DNA from: Amoebidium appalachense
Lineage: Eukaryota; Protista; Ichthyosporea
Assembly: GCA_963693365.1 (NCBI GenBank)
Contig: CAVNZM010000017.1
Location: forward strand, 2,533,527 to 2,597,526
Direction: 5' to 3'
Length of the DNA stretch: 64,000 nucleotides
Below the pieces are notes generated by a model. That model did not search any database. It was given only the letters and a program-made list of their open reading frames with translations, and was not told the DNA's origin. Every line of letters starts with the position of its first letter. The first letter of the stretch is position 1. Made by a program: the position numbers and the translations under genes. Below, in pieces: positions 49,484 through 61,850 of this stretch.

Positions 49484-49906
49484 AGATAGTGACAATAGTG
49501 ATAAACGTTTTATGATTTGGACATGCCGTACTCGAATGGAGACCTGGTGAAAGAAATCAAGGGAGGCAGGTGGGATTATACTAGTTGTAGTTGTAAGCTT
49601 CTTTTTCTTTGTGTGTCTGTGTGTGTTGGGGGATCTGTGTGTTTGCATAGGAATGGTGTTATTATGGTATTGTGGGTTCGAAAAAACGGTGGGTGGGTGG
49701 TCGTGTGTGTGTATGTGTGGGGGGGGGGGGGGGGGGTTTGGCCTGTGAGTTCTGATTTCTTTTGTCACTTTTGGCGTTTCTGCAGGTCAACCCAACCATC
49801 ACCTTTGAGGTGTTTATCCACAAAGTCGACGGTCTGTCGGACGATCACAAAATTGGTAACCCCCCATCCCCACCTCCATCCCCACCCCCATCCCCCCACA
49901 AACGCG

Positions 49907-49994
<88 letters not shown>

Positions 49995-50127
49995 ACACAA
50001 ACACACACACATTCATGCACACATGCACACGTGCACGCGCACACACGCAACACCCACCCGGTCACTTGCGCGCCTCGCTCGCTCAGACAACACACACGCG
50101 AATGCGCTTTCCCTCAAGCACTTACAC

Positions 50128-50210
<83 letters not shown>

Positions 50211-50775
50211 ACCCACACACACACAAGCACACACATACAACCCCCCCAACCCCTTCCCTCCCCCCCAACCCCCTCCTTCTCCCAACCCAACCAATTCAAC
50301 CACCCTCCCTCCCCTTTCACACGCACACGCACACACACATACAATCACGTACACGTACACGTACACGTACACGTACACTTACACGTACACACAAACACAC
50401 ACACACACACACGTACACGTACACACACACACACACACAACCCACATACACGAACACACACACATACACGTACACACACATACACACACATGTACACTCA
50501 CCCTCCTCAACCCCCCTTCACACACACACACACACACACACACACGTACACAGAAACACAACGGGACATACACCAGCGTGCCACCGACGAGCTCCAAGAT
50601 GCGGGTCTAGACAACATCCACCTCTCGTTCTACCTCACGTCCATCTACGACCACTCCATCTTCGAGGCCTTCTCAAAGGTCGTCCAGAAACTGATTCCGC
50701 AGCTGCCCATGCTGGAAAACCTGCTCAACATTCTCATATCGGTACGTGTGCAAGTGGGTGGGTGGGTGGCTTTTT

Positions 50776-50815
<40 letters not shown>

Positions 50816-51223
50816 GGGTGGGTGTTTCGGTGGTGGCATGTTCTTTTGTGTGCATGTGTGTGTGAGAGAGAGACAGAGGGGGGGGGGGGGGAGGGGGGCG
50901 CATTACTGCAGACTAAACATACCCAACCGGTAAAGCTGGTATTGTGATGGGGGAAAAAACCCAGAAAAAATGAAATCATAATTGAATTAAAATGAAGTCC
51001 GTATACATCAGTACTGACTCCTTTTTTCTTTTTTTTTTTTTTTTTTTTAGAACTCTGGTATCGAGAAGGCGTTCCTGTTTGACGTGGTCAGCAAGATCTA
51101 CATAGCAACGGACAGCAGCCCTGTCGACATGCAGTCGTATGAGCTGTGCAGTGACATGATTGATGTCGTCATAGACGTATCATGCATATACGGGTACATA
51201 CCAGCTTTCCCCCCCCCCCCCCC

Positions 51224-51254
<31 letters not shown>

Positions 51255-52148
51255 GCACACACACGCACGCACTCCCCTCCCCCCCCCCCCCCCCCCAAAC
51301 ACACACACACACACACACATACACACGTACGCGCGGGCACACACGTGTGGGCGTATGCATACATGACCACACATGCACATGCAAACACATACACGCCTGC
51401 GCACGCGAATAAAAACAAACAGTTCACCGACAAAAATTGGGACCATGTACACACTACCTTTCCCCCCCCCCCCCCCCCCCGCCGGAGGATGGACTCTGCT
51501 TATTGTGCATTCTCTTTATGTGTAGTTTGCACTTTACATTGTGTTGTCGGCTGTGAATGCGCACTTCATCACCTCGTATTCTATAACCCATTTTAAGCCC
51601 AACCCTACCCCCCCCCCCCCCTTGCCCCCCTTAGGATGGGTTCTGCTTATGACGCACATACTCTTTGGGTATGTTTGCAAGTTCCGTGATGCGCTGTCCG
51701 TCACGAATGTGCACTTTATACTCTAGTACACATTCTAGCTTCCCCCCCCCCCCCCCCCCCCCCTTCTTTTTTTTTTTTTTTTTTTTTTGTTGTGGTTTTT
51801 TTGTTTTTTTGTTTTGTTTTCTTACCTACTTATTGCTGTTTCGTTGCAGGATGAAGGATGACAGTGAGGGCATTGCATACGACAGCGGGTCCTCGTCGGT
51901 GATCAAACTCAACAACGGCATGGTGCTCTATCTGCGCGAGGTCAATAGGTGTGTGTTTTTTGTGTTTGGTTTTTCACCTGTTCATGTTTTAGCGTTCATG
52001 TCGGTGTGTCACCTGGATGGTTTTGTGTGGCAAGGGCATAAATTCTTAGAAACAGGGGATTGACCTATCTTAGTGTATCTGTGTGTGTGTGGGGGGGGGG
52101 GGGGGGGGGGGGGGATGTGCGCGCGCGCGCGCGTGTGTATGACGCACA

Positions 52149-52240
<92 letters not shown>

Positions 52241-52894
52241 TTGACCACACATGTCCATACATGGGTACATAGACCTTAAAGAAACAACGATAACCCCCAT
52301 GCTGACCATATATGTGATATTTACTTCCATATATAGGTATCTTGCGCTTGTGGCGCTGGTGCGTGAGTCCAACTTCATCCAGCACGGCCTGATCGACTAC
52401 AACTTCCACTGCTTCCGCAAGGCCATACAGAAGGTGTGCACATATATCCCCCCCCCCCCCCCCCCCCCTCCCCCCCCCCCCCCTGCGCCCCCATCTCCCG
52501 CGCTATTTCCCTTGTTCGTTTGATGTGTACAATATTGCTGACTTCCATTTCTATTTATACACCCCCCACCCCTCTCCTACTAACACACGCGCGCACACGA
52601 TGGTGCCTATGACTACAATTCCCCAATCCCCTTTATTGATTTGGCTGCTGTTCACCTTGGGCGGGTTTTCTCTATTTGCCAAACTCCCCCCCCCCCCCCC
52701 CCCCCCTCCCCCCCCCTCCCCACCCCACCCCCCTTGCACCCCCCTCTCTTTCTCTCTCTCTCTCGCTCTCTGTTCTTCGTCGCCCCTTCCCCCCTTCCCC
52801 TCCATGTGCATCGTTTTGGCGTTATAACCACTGAACATTTGTCATGTGTGTGCTACATGATTCTTCCCCCTCTACACAGACCAACAGTACGAGT

Positions 52895-52937
<43 letters not shown>

Positions 52938-53322
52938 CCCTCTCTCTGCCCCCCCTTTCATCCACTTTTGTATTTTTATGGTTGCAGAAGACTGAGGACT
53001 TGCTTACTCAACCAGCAGCACCTGTCTCTCCACTAGCCCTGCCTCCAGTCTTTGTTCATGTCCCATACCTACCCCCCCCCTCCCCCCCTCCCCCCCTGTG
53101 CACACACCCTGCCCTCCTGCCTCTCCCGACTGCATGTAGTTCACAAACCTCTCCCAGACGTGCTCATCGTGTGAGAATGTTTCTGACACAGTTTACTTTT
53201 TATCTCTCCTATTTTCTTCTCTTTTCTTTTCTTTCCTTTTCTTTTTCTTTTTGGTCCACATGCAGGTATTTGACGTACGTAAGAAGGTGGTGCAGACCGG
53301 CTCCCAACGGGCGCTGCAGTGA
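44302..53322 (+). CDS. RRAGC: Rag GTPase RagC/RagD (Gtr2 orthologue)
   Basis: ATG-only exon 44302-44304, then exons starting at about 45879, 47271, 47962, 48803, 49228, 49786, 50554, 51051, 51850, 52337 and 53266. They encode [109 protein letters not shown] and GLIDYNF. Confidence 0.96.
45755..45820 (+). repeat. short dispersed intronic repeat (TTGTCTCCTCCATATTTCCAACCCTYTAA.GCATACA followed by poly-C)
   Basis: The same sequence occurs at ~62139-62205 (+) and, reverse-complemented, at ~36293-36345. Confidence 0.8.
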
Positions 53323-53658
53323 GCCAACCTGGGTAGGCATGACGTCATTTTTCTTCAAAGTTAGCCCTGTTTGTCATGTTTTGTAATCGGTGTTTCGGTT
53401 TGCCATTGTGTACTAATTAGGTAGTGTGTTTCTTTGCTTCTTTGTGAGATGTCCTTGGTGTTAACAGAATGCTTGTGTGGTCTGTTGAGTGTTGCTGGTG
53501 TAGCAATATAATTACACAATCATAGGGCCTTGTAGACACGGTCACCTTTAAGACTTCGTAACATTTACAGCGTGCACCGTGACACGAGATTACAATGGCT
53601 CATGCATGCACGCACAAGACATGCACGCACGCACGCACGCGCGTGCGCGCGCGCGCGT

Positions 53659-53710
<52 letters not shown>

Positions 53711-54458
53711 GGACATCATACATACTGATGCACACTTGGACAAGCACACCCGTTGCACGTGTAAGCTCAAAAACACAAATGTATGCGTGACTTTGCATAT
53801 CGTCATGCCGTGCATGAACTTTTACAACGTGAAAATACATATGCGGGCTGGACTTCCGCTTTATTATTAAGCCTGCCACACCGAGTGTGTGTGGTGCCCT
53901 ATTTACACATGAATTTCGGGGTGAAATTCTCTGACCTGGGGCTCTGGTATATACTCCTGTTTTGTTTTTGCGTTAGGTTTTGTGGAGGAGTATGCGATGT
54001 TATTTCGGGGGGGGTGTGTGTGTGTGTGTGGTGTGTGTGTGGGGGTGTGGGTGTGGGTGGGTGGGTGTGGGTGTGGGTGTGGATGTGTGTGTCCGCGCGC
54101 GCGCGCGCGTGTAACGTATAGTGTGTGCATGTGTGCATGCATGCGCGTCGGTGTGTAAGTTGCATGTGTGAGGGTGCACATCTAAGATGTTATCTCCATG
54201 TGCGTGTGTGCCCGTGTGCATGTACATGTGTGTGCACGACGTCTGCTTGCTTGTGCGTGGGCAGGTTTAGGTGTGCAACCTTGCGCACCGGTGGACCAAG
54301 ATGAGGGAGAATGGAACGCGTCAACCATTAGAAATCACGTGTCTTTAAATATAAAACCCCGACTTCCATAAATGCATACTTATTAGGTTGGGTATTTGAA
54401 AAAAAAACCCGTTTCAAATTACGGTATATACTCTTTACAACGCAACCGACACAAATAA

Positions 54459-54647
54459 TCCCACAATCAAAATTAAAACTGCAGTGAATTTGACAGACAG
54501 TTAATCAGACTCATTTCTTCGGGTGACCTGCCCACGTTTAGCAATTGCATGCCTGCAGCTGATTGATGCAGACGCTTCTCCTTCGTCCACTTATGACCGG
54601 AGCTGGTTTGCTTGCAACCCCTAACTTTAAGGTCACCCGGAGTTGCT
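54459..54647 (+). ncRNA. candidate small structured RNA gene, copy 1 (upstream box plus GGGTGACC...GGTCACCC stem)
   Basis: TCCCACAATCAA at 54459; CGGGTGACCTGCCCA at 54520; complementary AGGTCACCCG at 54630-54639; then GTTGCT and an A-run. Confidence 0.4.
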
Positions 54648-55043
54648 GCTCAAAAAAAAAAAAAAGAAAAGAAAAAAAAAGGGAGGTATTAATATATATA
54701 CTAGTACTAGCAATCCTCACCGTTTGAATCACACATGAGCCAGGCCATCCCTTTGAATCTCCCCCCCCCCACCCACCCACCCACCAACCACCCTCAAACC
54801 CCCCCATTGATGCACTGTTTCAACCATACATCCACAGTTGACACACTCACTGACAGGAAACTCGCACAGATTCACGTGTACATGCGTGTGTATTTTCAGC
54901 ATAAAAAGGGGGGGGGGGGGGGGGGGGGGGATGAGGAAACCTTAACCCGTGTGTCTGTATGTGTGTGTGTGTGCGTGTGTGTATGACTGTCTGCGCACAC
55001 ACTGTGTGTGTGTGTGTGTGTGTATGTAGAGGCGAAGGGACGT

Positions 55044-55075
<32 letters not shown>

Positions 55076-55118
55076 GCAATGGGTTGGCTGTGACTGTGGA
55101 ACCGGAGGGAAGGGCCGG

Positions 55119-55171
<53 letters not shown>

Positions 55172-55208
55172 GGAGAGGCCCGGGGGGGGGGGGGGGGGGA
55201 GGCCATAT

Positions 55209-55253
<45 letters not shown>

Positions 55254-55554
55254 GAGGGGTTTCGAATGTGACCAAAAGGTTTCTTAAATCTACTCTGAAC
55301 TCGGCGAACTCAAACTTGCGGCAAATCTATCAATAATCACATTGATTTATGCATCTATTTAAGCAAAAGAAATTTCGGGATGAAATTCTGTTATGTTTGG
55401 CTATAGGTAGCAACAGGCTGTAGTATTGTTTTCGTGCAGTGTCTGGGATTTATATCTTTGCGTCATTACCTAACTTAGTGTTATTTTTGATTGGCAGCGA
55501 ATAAAAACTACCTCGTAGGGCCTCGTCTGTTCTTTTTTCCCTTTTTTTTCTTTG

Positions 55555-55587
<33 letters not shown>

Positions 55588-56260
55588 GGAAGGGGGGGGT
55601 GCATGTGTGCGTATTTTGGGGAAGGGGAGGGGGGGCCGGCAGGGGGGGGGGGGGGGGGGGAGGTGGGGTGGGGGAATTTGTGAATCGTGGTGATGATTTG
55701 ACGGCCCATGCGGCCCATACCGTATCAGTATCATGATAAGGTGTCCCAAATGCACGACACGAAAATACCGAATTGCCGGTGAGGTATTTGGGTTCCTACT
55801 CGCTTTTATGCAGCATTGTGATTTCTGTGTGTGTGAGTGTGTGTGCGCACGCGTCCGTGTGTACGTGTCACACAGTGTGTGTATGCAGGTGTGTGCGTGC
55901 GCGCACATGGGCGTGTGTGCGTACCCGTGTGTGTATCATTACACATCTGTGTGTGCATGAGCGCTTGTGCGTGTGTCATGTACCCCTGCGCGTGTTTGAC
56001 CATTTGTGTTCCTGCGTGTGTGCACAGTGTCACGTGTGTACCTGTGTGTTTGTGTGGCCTTGCTTGTGCACGGACGGATACAGTTGCATATGTGCACCCG
56101 TGTGGCTAAGACCGGAAAGGGAGGGAGGATGGTATGGTACCCTTCAACTATTGGAAACTACAAATTTACTTTAAATTGGTCTTCTCGCGTTTAGTGTTTA
56201 CATGATTGTAACATCCTTGAGTTGTTGTTGAATAACATCGACGTACTCTAAACTGAATTG

Positions 56261-56430
56261 TCCCACAATCAAGCCTCACAATATTGCATCGATATATGCA
56301 AGCAGCCACAATCCCATTTCCTCGGGTGACCTGCCCATGGCCACATACTGCATGCCTGTATTATGCAATGCCTGCGTTATTTTGATGGTGTGAATTGTGT
56401 TGGTTCAAAATGGTCACCCAGTGTCGTTGC
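56261..56430 (+). ncRNA. candidate small structured RNA gene, copy 2
   Basis: TCCCACAATCAA at 56261; CGGGTGACCTGCCCA at 56323; GGTCACCC at 56412-56419; then GTTGCT and A-rich sequence. Confidence 0.4.
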
Positions 56431-56840
56431 TAAGAAATAAACAGAAGTGTTGTCGCGATCGCAAAGGCACGAGCCCTCCCTCCCCACGAACTTGCCTTTC
56501 CGCCCGAGTCCGCCAGGTTCCCTCCTCCTCCCCCCCCCCCCCTCCTCCCCCCACCCCATTCACCCACCCACCCCCCCCCCCCCCCCCCCCCCCCCCCCTT
56601 CCCCTACCCCACCCACCCACCCTCACCCCCTCCGGCCCTGTGCCTCGAGCTCTCCCTGCATTCAATCATGGCATTCCCCCCCCCCTCCCCACCCCCCCCC
56701 CCCCCCCCCCCTCTCTGCTCCCCTGATGTTCCCTACCATTTGCTTATTTTCATATGGCATCCAAACACCCGGCCGGGCCCATCCATATATCCAAACACCC
56801 TGGACATACATACGTGACACGGCGCCACGTGTGTGTGTGC

Positions 56841-56878
<38 letters not shown>

Positions 56879-56906
56879 AGAGTGGGAGGGTGGTGGGGGA
56901 GGGGAG

Positions 56907-56953
<47 letters not shown>

Positions 56954-57462
56954 TTGGATTGTTGGGAAGGGAGCCAAAGACTTTTTCATATTGTTATGAA
57001 GGGCAAAACTTTTCAACGTGGAAAGTCTTTTTCTTAGTGAAATCTTTCGCCTACGACACCGAGCTTGTGTGGTGCACTATTTAAAACCATTTAAACATTT
57101 AACTAACCATTTAAACCATTTGAATAAAGTTCTGGGTGACACTATGCTTGAACGTGTTGCTTTATGTATACCAGGTATGGATCGTATTTCCGGAGTAAGT
57201 GAAGTCTGAATATTTTCTTTGTTTACGTTTCGAGGTCAGATTGAGATTAAAACCTGCCTCGTAGGCCCCCATTTTTTCTTCTTTTTTTTTTTACCTCCCC
57301 CCTCCCCCCCCCCCCCCCCCCCCCCTTCTCCCCCTTCCCCCCGCGGGGGGAGCTTCTCTCCCTTTCACCCGTATCATAAATCGTAAGTTTCACACCCAGG
57401 CCACATGCACGGCACTGCAATCACACACACACACACACACAAGTGTGTACTTGTGTGTGTGT

Positions 57463-57507
<45 letters not shown>

Positions 57508-57567
57508 TTATGGGGAGCGGGCAGGGACTGGTGTTTTTGACCCATGTAGGCATGTGTGTGGGCAGCG

Positions 57568-57598
<31 letters not shown>

Positions 57599-57778
57599 TG
57601 TGTGTACAGTGTGTGCCTGTTTGCTTGAAGACCGGCAGGTATAGGCGGACACGGATGTGGACCAATTTGAAATGGAATGTGGTTTTTGGAACTTACATGC
57701 ATTATGAAGCGGTTACATTGCCATGTTCCACATCATGATCATTGGGCTGTCTAAACACAGTATCATGACTGGCATTTG

Positions 57779-57947
57779 TTCCACAATCAATTTCCCCAAA
57801 CAGCAATGCATATATGTGCCAGCAGCTATATTCCCTTTTTCTCGGGTGACCTGCCCATCATGGCCATATTATGCATGGAAGTTCCTATAATATGCAGCAG
57901 GGTATTGAGGTATAGACTTACATTCAAAGGGTCGCCAGTGTGTTGCT
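57779..57947 (+). ncRNA. candidate small structured RNA gene, copy 3
   Basis: TTCCACAATCAA at 57779; CGGGTGACCTGCCCA at 57843; GGTCGCC at 57930-57936 (pairs with one G-U on +); then GTTGCT and an A-run. Confidence 0.4.
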
Positions 57948-58787
57948 TAGGGGAAAAAAAAAAAGAATAGAAAAAAAAAGAAACGGACGACACTGCATAC
58001 ATACAGTCTCAGTTTTACACGTGTATGCCCATCCCTTTTCAACCCGCCCTTCATAACCCTCCGGACCATCAACCCCTCCCCCCCCCCCCCCCCCCCCCCT
58101 CCCTCCTTCCCCCCTCCCCCTCCTCCCCTCCCCGCGCCTCTAGCCACTCCGAGTTGCCCAAAAAGAAGCCCTCATCAACCCAATCTCTCCTCCACCTGTC
58201 AACCACATATGCACATGCACAGGCGGCACACACGCACGCACGCACGCACTGACACTCACATATACACAACACACGAGTTACGGTGCACTGCCATATTACA
58301 AATAGACACATACCACACACAACGCGCGCGCACGCGTAAACGCGCAAACGCGCACCACGCGCGCGCACACATCCATGAGCCCATGCACACGGGCACACGC
58401 ATGCACACACACACTGGCACACAAGGATGGGCCCGAGGTGGGGGAAGGTGGGTCCGGAGAATCGGTGGCTTTGAGCAGCGTGTGTATTTGTGTATGTGGA
58501 TGCGTGTGTATGTGTGTGTGTTGGGAGGGGGGGGGGGGGGGGGAGGAGGAGGAGGGGGGGGGGGGGGGGGGGGGGGGCAACGAAAATTATTCTGTAAAAA
58601 GCGGAACTTTACCAACCATCAACGATTCCAAATTATCCAAAAAAATAGAATGCAAATGATTCTGTGCTGAACAAAAAATTCTACTGCTACGGTAATTGGT
58701 ACCTAGTGGCACTGTAGTAATGACACAGCGTCACACACTAGGATGCACGTGCACCACACACGAAAACACAAGTACACACACGCGCGC

Positions 58788-58838
<51 letters not shown>

Positions 58839-59097
58839 ACACATGTACACACATACACACATACACACCACACCCGCCGTCGGGGACACTAGCGTCCACT
58901 TCTTCCTCGTGCGTGTATAGAGTGCGTGCACGTATGGACATGCATCACAATGCCTACAATGCACATGTCCATGCGATCTGGAGTTACAAGAATGCCGGTG
59001 GTACGTACACGTGTGCATACGCGCAACCTTGGTGGTCTATGTTAGCCACAGTCGCGACAACCTGTAAGCTATAGGGCCATCTGTTGCTTGAAAGATC

Positions 59098-59510
59098 TCT
59101 GGTAATTGGCATTAATGATCTTTTCAAGTGACCGAATCGTGTTTGACTTGGTCTGGTATGGTGGGGTTCAGGCAGCATTGATCCCAGGACAAGATGCTGC
59201 TTGCGCAAGAAATACGCAATCGACTTGTGTTGGCTGAATCACATCTTCTACGCGGATTTGGCTGAACGAAGTTTTCACCACTCTCCTTTCTGGAGTCACT
59301 GAGTCTGGTAATTGGCATTAATGATCTTTTCAAGTGACCGAATCGTGTTTGACTTGGTCTGGTATGGTGGGGTTCAGGCAGCATTGATCCCAGGACAAGA
59401 TGCTGCTTGCGCAAGAAATACGCAATCGACTTGTGTTGGCTGAATCACATCTTCTACGCGGATTTGGCTGAACGAAGTTTTCACCACTCTCCTTTCTGGA
59501 GTCACTGAGT
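59098..59510. repeat. apparently perfect 206-bp tandem duplication upstream of LSM2
   Basis: tctggtaattggcatt...gtcactgag at 59098-59303 and 59304-59509. Confidence 0.9.
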
Positions 59511-59630
59511 TTATGTAGCACAGAAAGGCCACCGTTTTAGGGGTTTCACAGTTTTACCTAACTTTCTTAGCAGAAGTATACCACACGCTACTAATACAAG
59601 AGACGGTGACAATAACCATACCTGCTGAAA

Positions 59631-60627
59631 ATGGTATGTTTCACATGCCCTTTTCTAACTGGTCATTGTGATGGTTTGTGTAGGGTAACCTCTCTCACTC
59701 CTCTGCCATTGCCTGTCTACAATCTATATCCCGTTATGTGCCCTATTTCTTCTCTTCCTTGCCGGAGAGAGCCCGGGAGGAATCGAATGAAAGTTGAAAG
59801 CTGCGGTGTGAGGAACAGGAGGAGGGGGGGGAGAGGGGGAGGGGGAGGAGGAGGGGGGGAACCCAGACGGTTGGGATAGGCGGGTGGGATGTTGTTTGTG
59901 GGCAGAGATGAATGTTGTTGGGATTTGTGTATTTTCCTCTTTTACAAAGACGAAAAAGCTTTATCTCTGCTTTGTTTGACAAAGACAAACAAACGTTTGC
60001 CCCCTGGCACCCTCTAATCCACCTAATTGGATCCTCAGCTTCGTTTCTACTTACCTGCTCTGCTGCCATGCTTTAGTTATGTTGCACTTTTCTCTCTGCT
60101 GGACTTTTGCTTCCCCCCCCCCCCCAAAAAAAAACCTCTTCCCCTTTCCCCCTCCCCTTTTCCAAACGCACTTCCATTGCCCTCCCGTGTCTTATTCTGT
60201 TGCTCTTGCGCTTCTATTTTTCTCTCTCCCTCACTGTCTCCCCTTAGTTGTGTCTGTACATGTTTGAAGGGAACCCATATCCAACGGGCCCATTTCTCTC
60301 TATATATTTCTTTCCCTCCCTTAGTTGCCCCCCCTGTACCCCCCCCTCCACCCCCTCTCCTTCCGTTCCTTACCTTTCCTGCCCTCCTGTCCTCTCGCCC
60401 TCCCTCCCTCCCTCCCTCCGTTTCTCTCACTCTCTTTTTCTTTCTCTCGCTCCCTCTCCCTCCCTCCCTCTCTCACTCCCTTCCTCGTTCATTCCCCCCC
60501 TTCCCTTTCTATTCTTCCCCCTCTTTAGCACCCCGGGTACCTTTGTCTGTGCCCCATTCTTTTCTTGCAATTGCTCCTTCAACCTGCTGGTGCACAGGTT
60601 GCCTCTGCCTTTCTCTTCTTTCTCTTG

Positions 60628-60713
<86 letters not shown>

Positions 60714-60751
60714 CCCTCCCTCCCTCCCTCTCCCTCCCTCCCTCCCCCCCC

Positions 60752-60794
<43 letters not shown>

Positions 60795-61009
60795 CCTCCC
60801 TCCCTCCCTCCCCCCTCCCTCCCTCCCTCCCTCCCTCCCCCCTCCCTCCCTCCTTCTCCTCCCCCCCCCCCTCTCTCCTGTCTCTCTCTCTCTCTCTCTC
60901 GCTCTCTCGCTCTCTCTCCCCTATCCTGCCCTCTCTCCCTCCCTTCATCCCTCACTCCCTCCCTCCCTCACTCACTCACTCACTCACACTCTCTCGATTT
61001 CTCTATCCC

Positions 61010-61054
<45 letters not shown>

Positions 61055-61380
61055 TCTCTCGCCCGCCCGCCCGCCCGCTCTCGCTCTCCCCTCCCGCCCC
61101 TCTCCCTCTCCCTCCCTCCCTCCCTCCCTCCCTCCCTCCCTCCCTCCCTCTTTTTCCTCCCTCCCACTCTCCACCTCCCCAGCTCTCTCTCGCTCTCTTT
61201 CCCGTCCCCCCTCCCCTCCGCCTGCCCGCCCACCCCCATAAACACATGTTTTTCAGCTCCTTCTTTCACTTCTCTCGTTTCCCACGACCATATAAATTTC
61301 TCCCTTTTTTTTGATGCGCGGCAATGGTACGGTAGTGGGATGTGGCTTTTTTGGGTATGTGTGTGGTGGTAGTGGTTTTT

Positions 61381-61411
<31 letters not shown>

Positions 61412-61797
61412 GGAGGTGAGAGGAAGACCTGGTGATTGACAGTTTTGCTGACGCGCGAAACCACAGCTTTTCTACTCTTTCTTTAAGACTCTGGTCGGCA
61501 CGGAGGTTGTGGTTGAGTTAAAGAATGACCTGAAGATCCGCGGTACACTGCACTCTGTGGACCAGTTTTTGAACATCAAACTGACAAATATCACCGTCTT
61601 GGAGGCGGAAAAGTACCCCCATATGGTAGGTAACTCTTGCTATGTGTGAGGAAATGTGTGGGTATGGGTGTGTGCGCAGAGACGTATGCGCACACGTATA
61701 CACACATTCGCTTGCCCCCCCCCCCACACACACATGCACACACATACACATACACACAGATGTTCACACCTTCACCAGACGCACACATGCCCACACA

Positions 61798-61850
<53 letters not shown>

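Noticed and set aside
54459-57947. H/ACA snoRNA or U4atac identity for the three stem loci
   Set aside because: No consistent second hairpin or ACA box across copies, no shared Sm site, and only superficial 5' similarity to U4atac.
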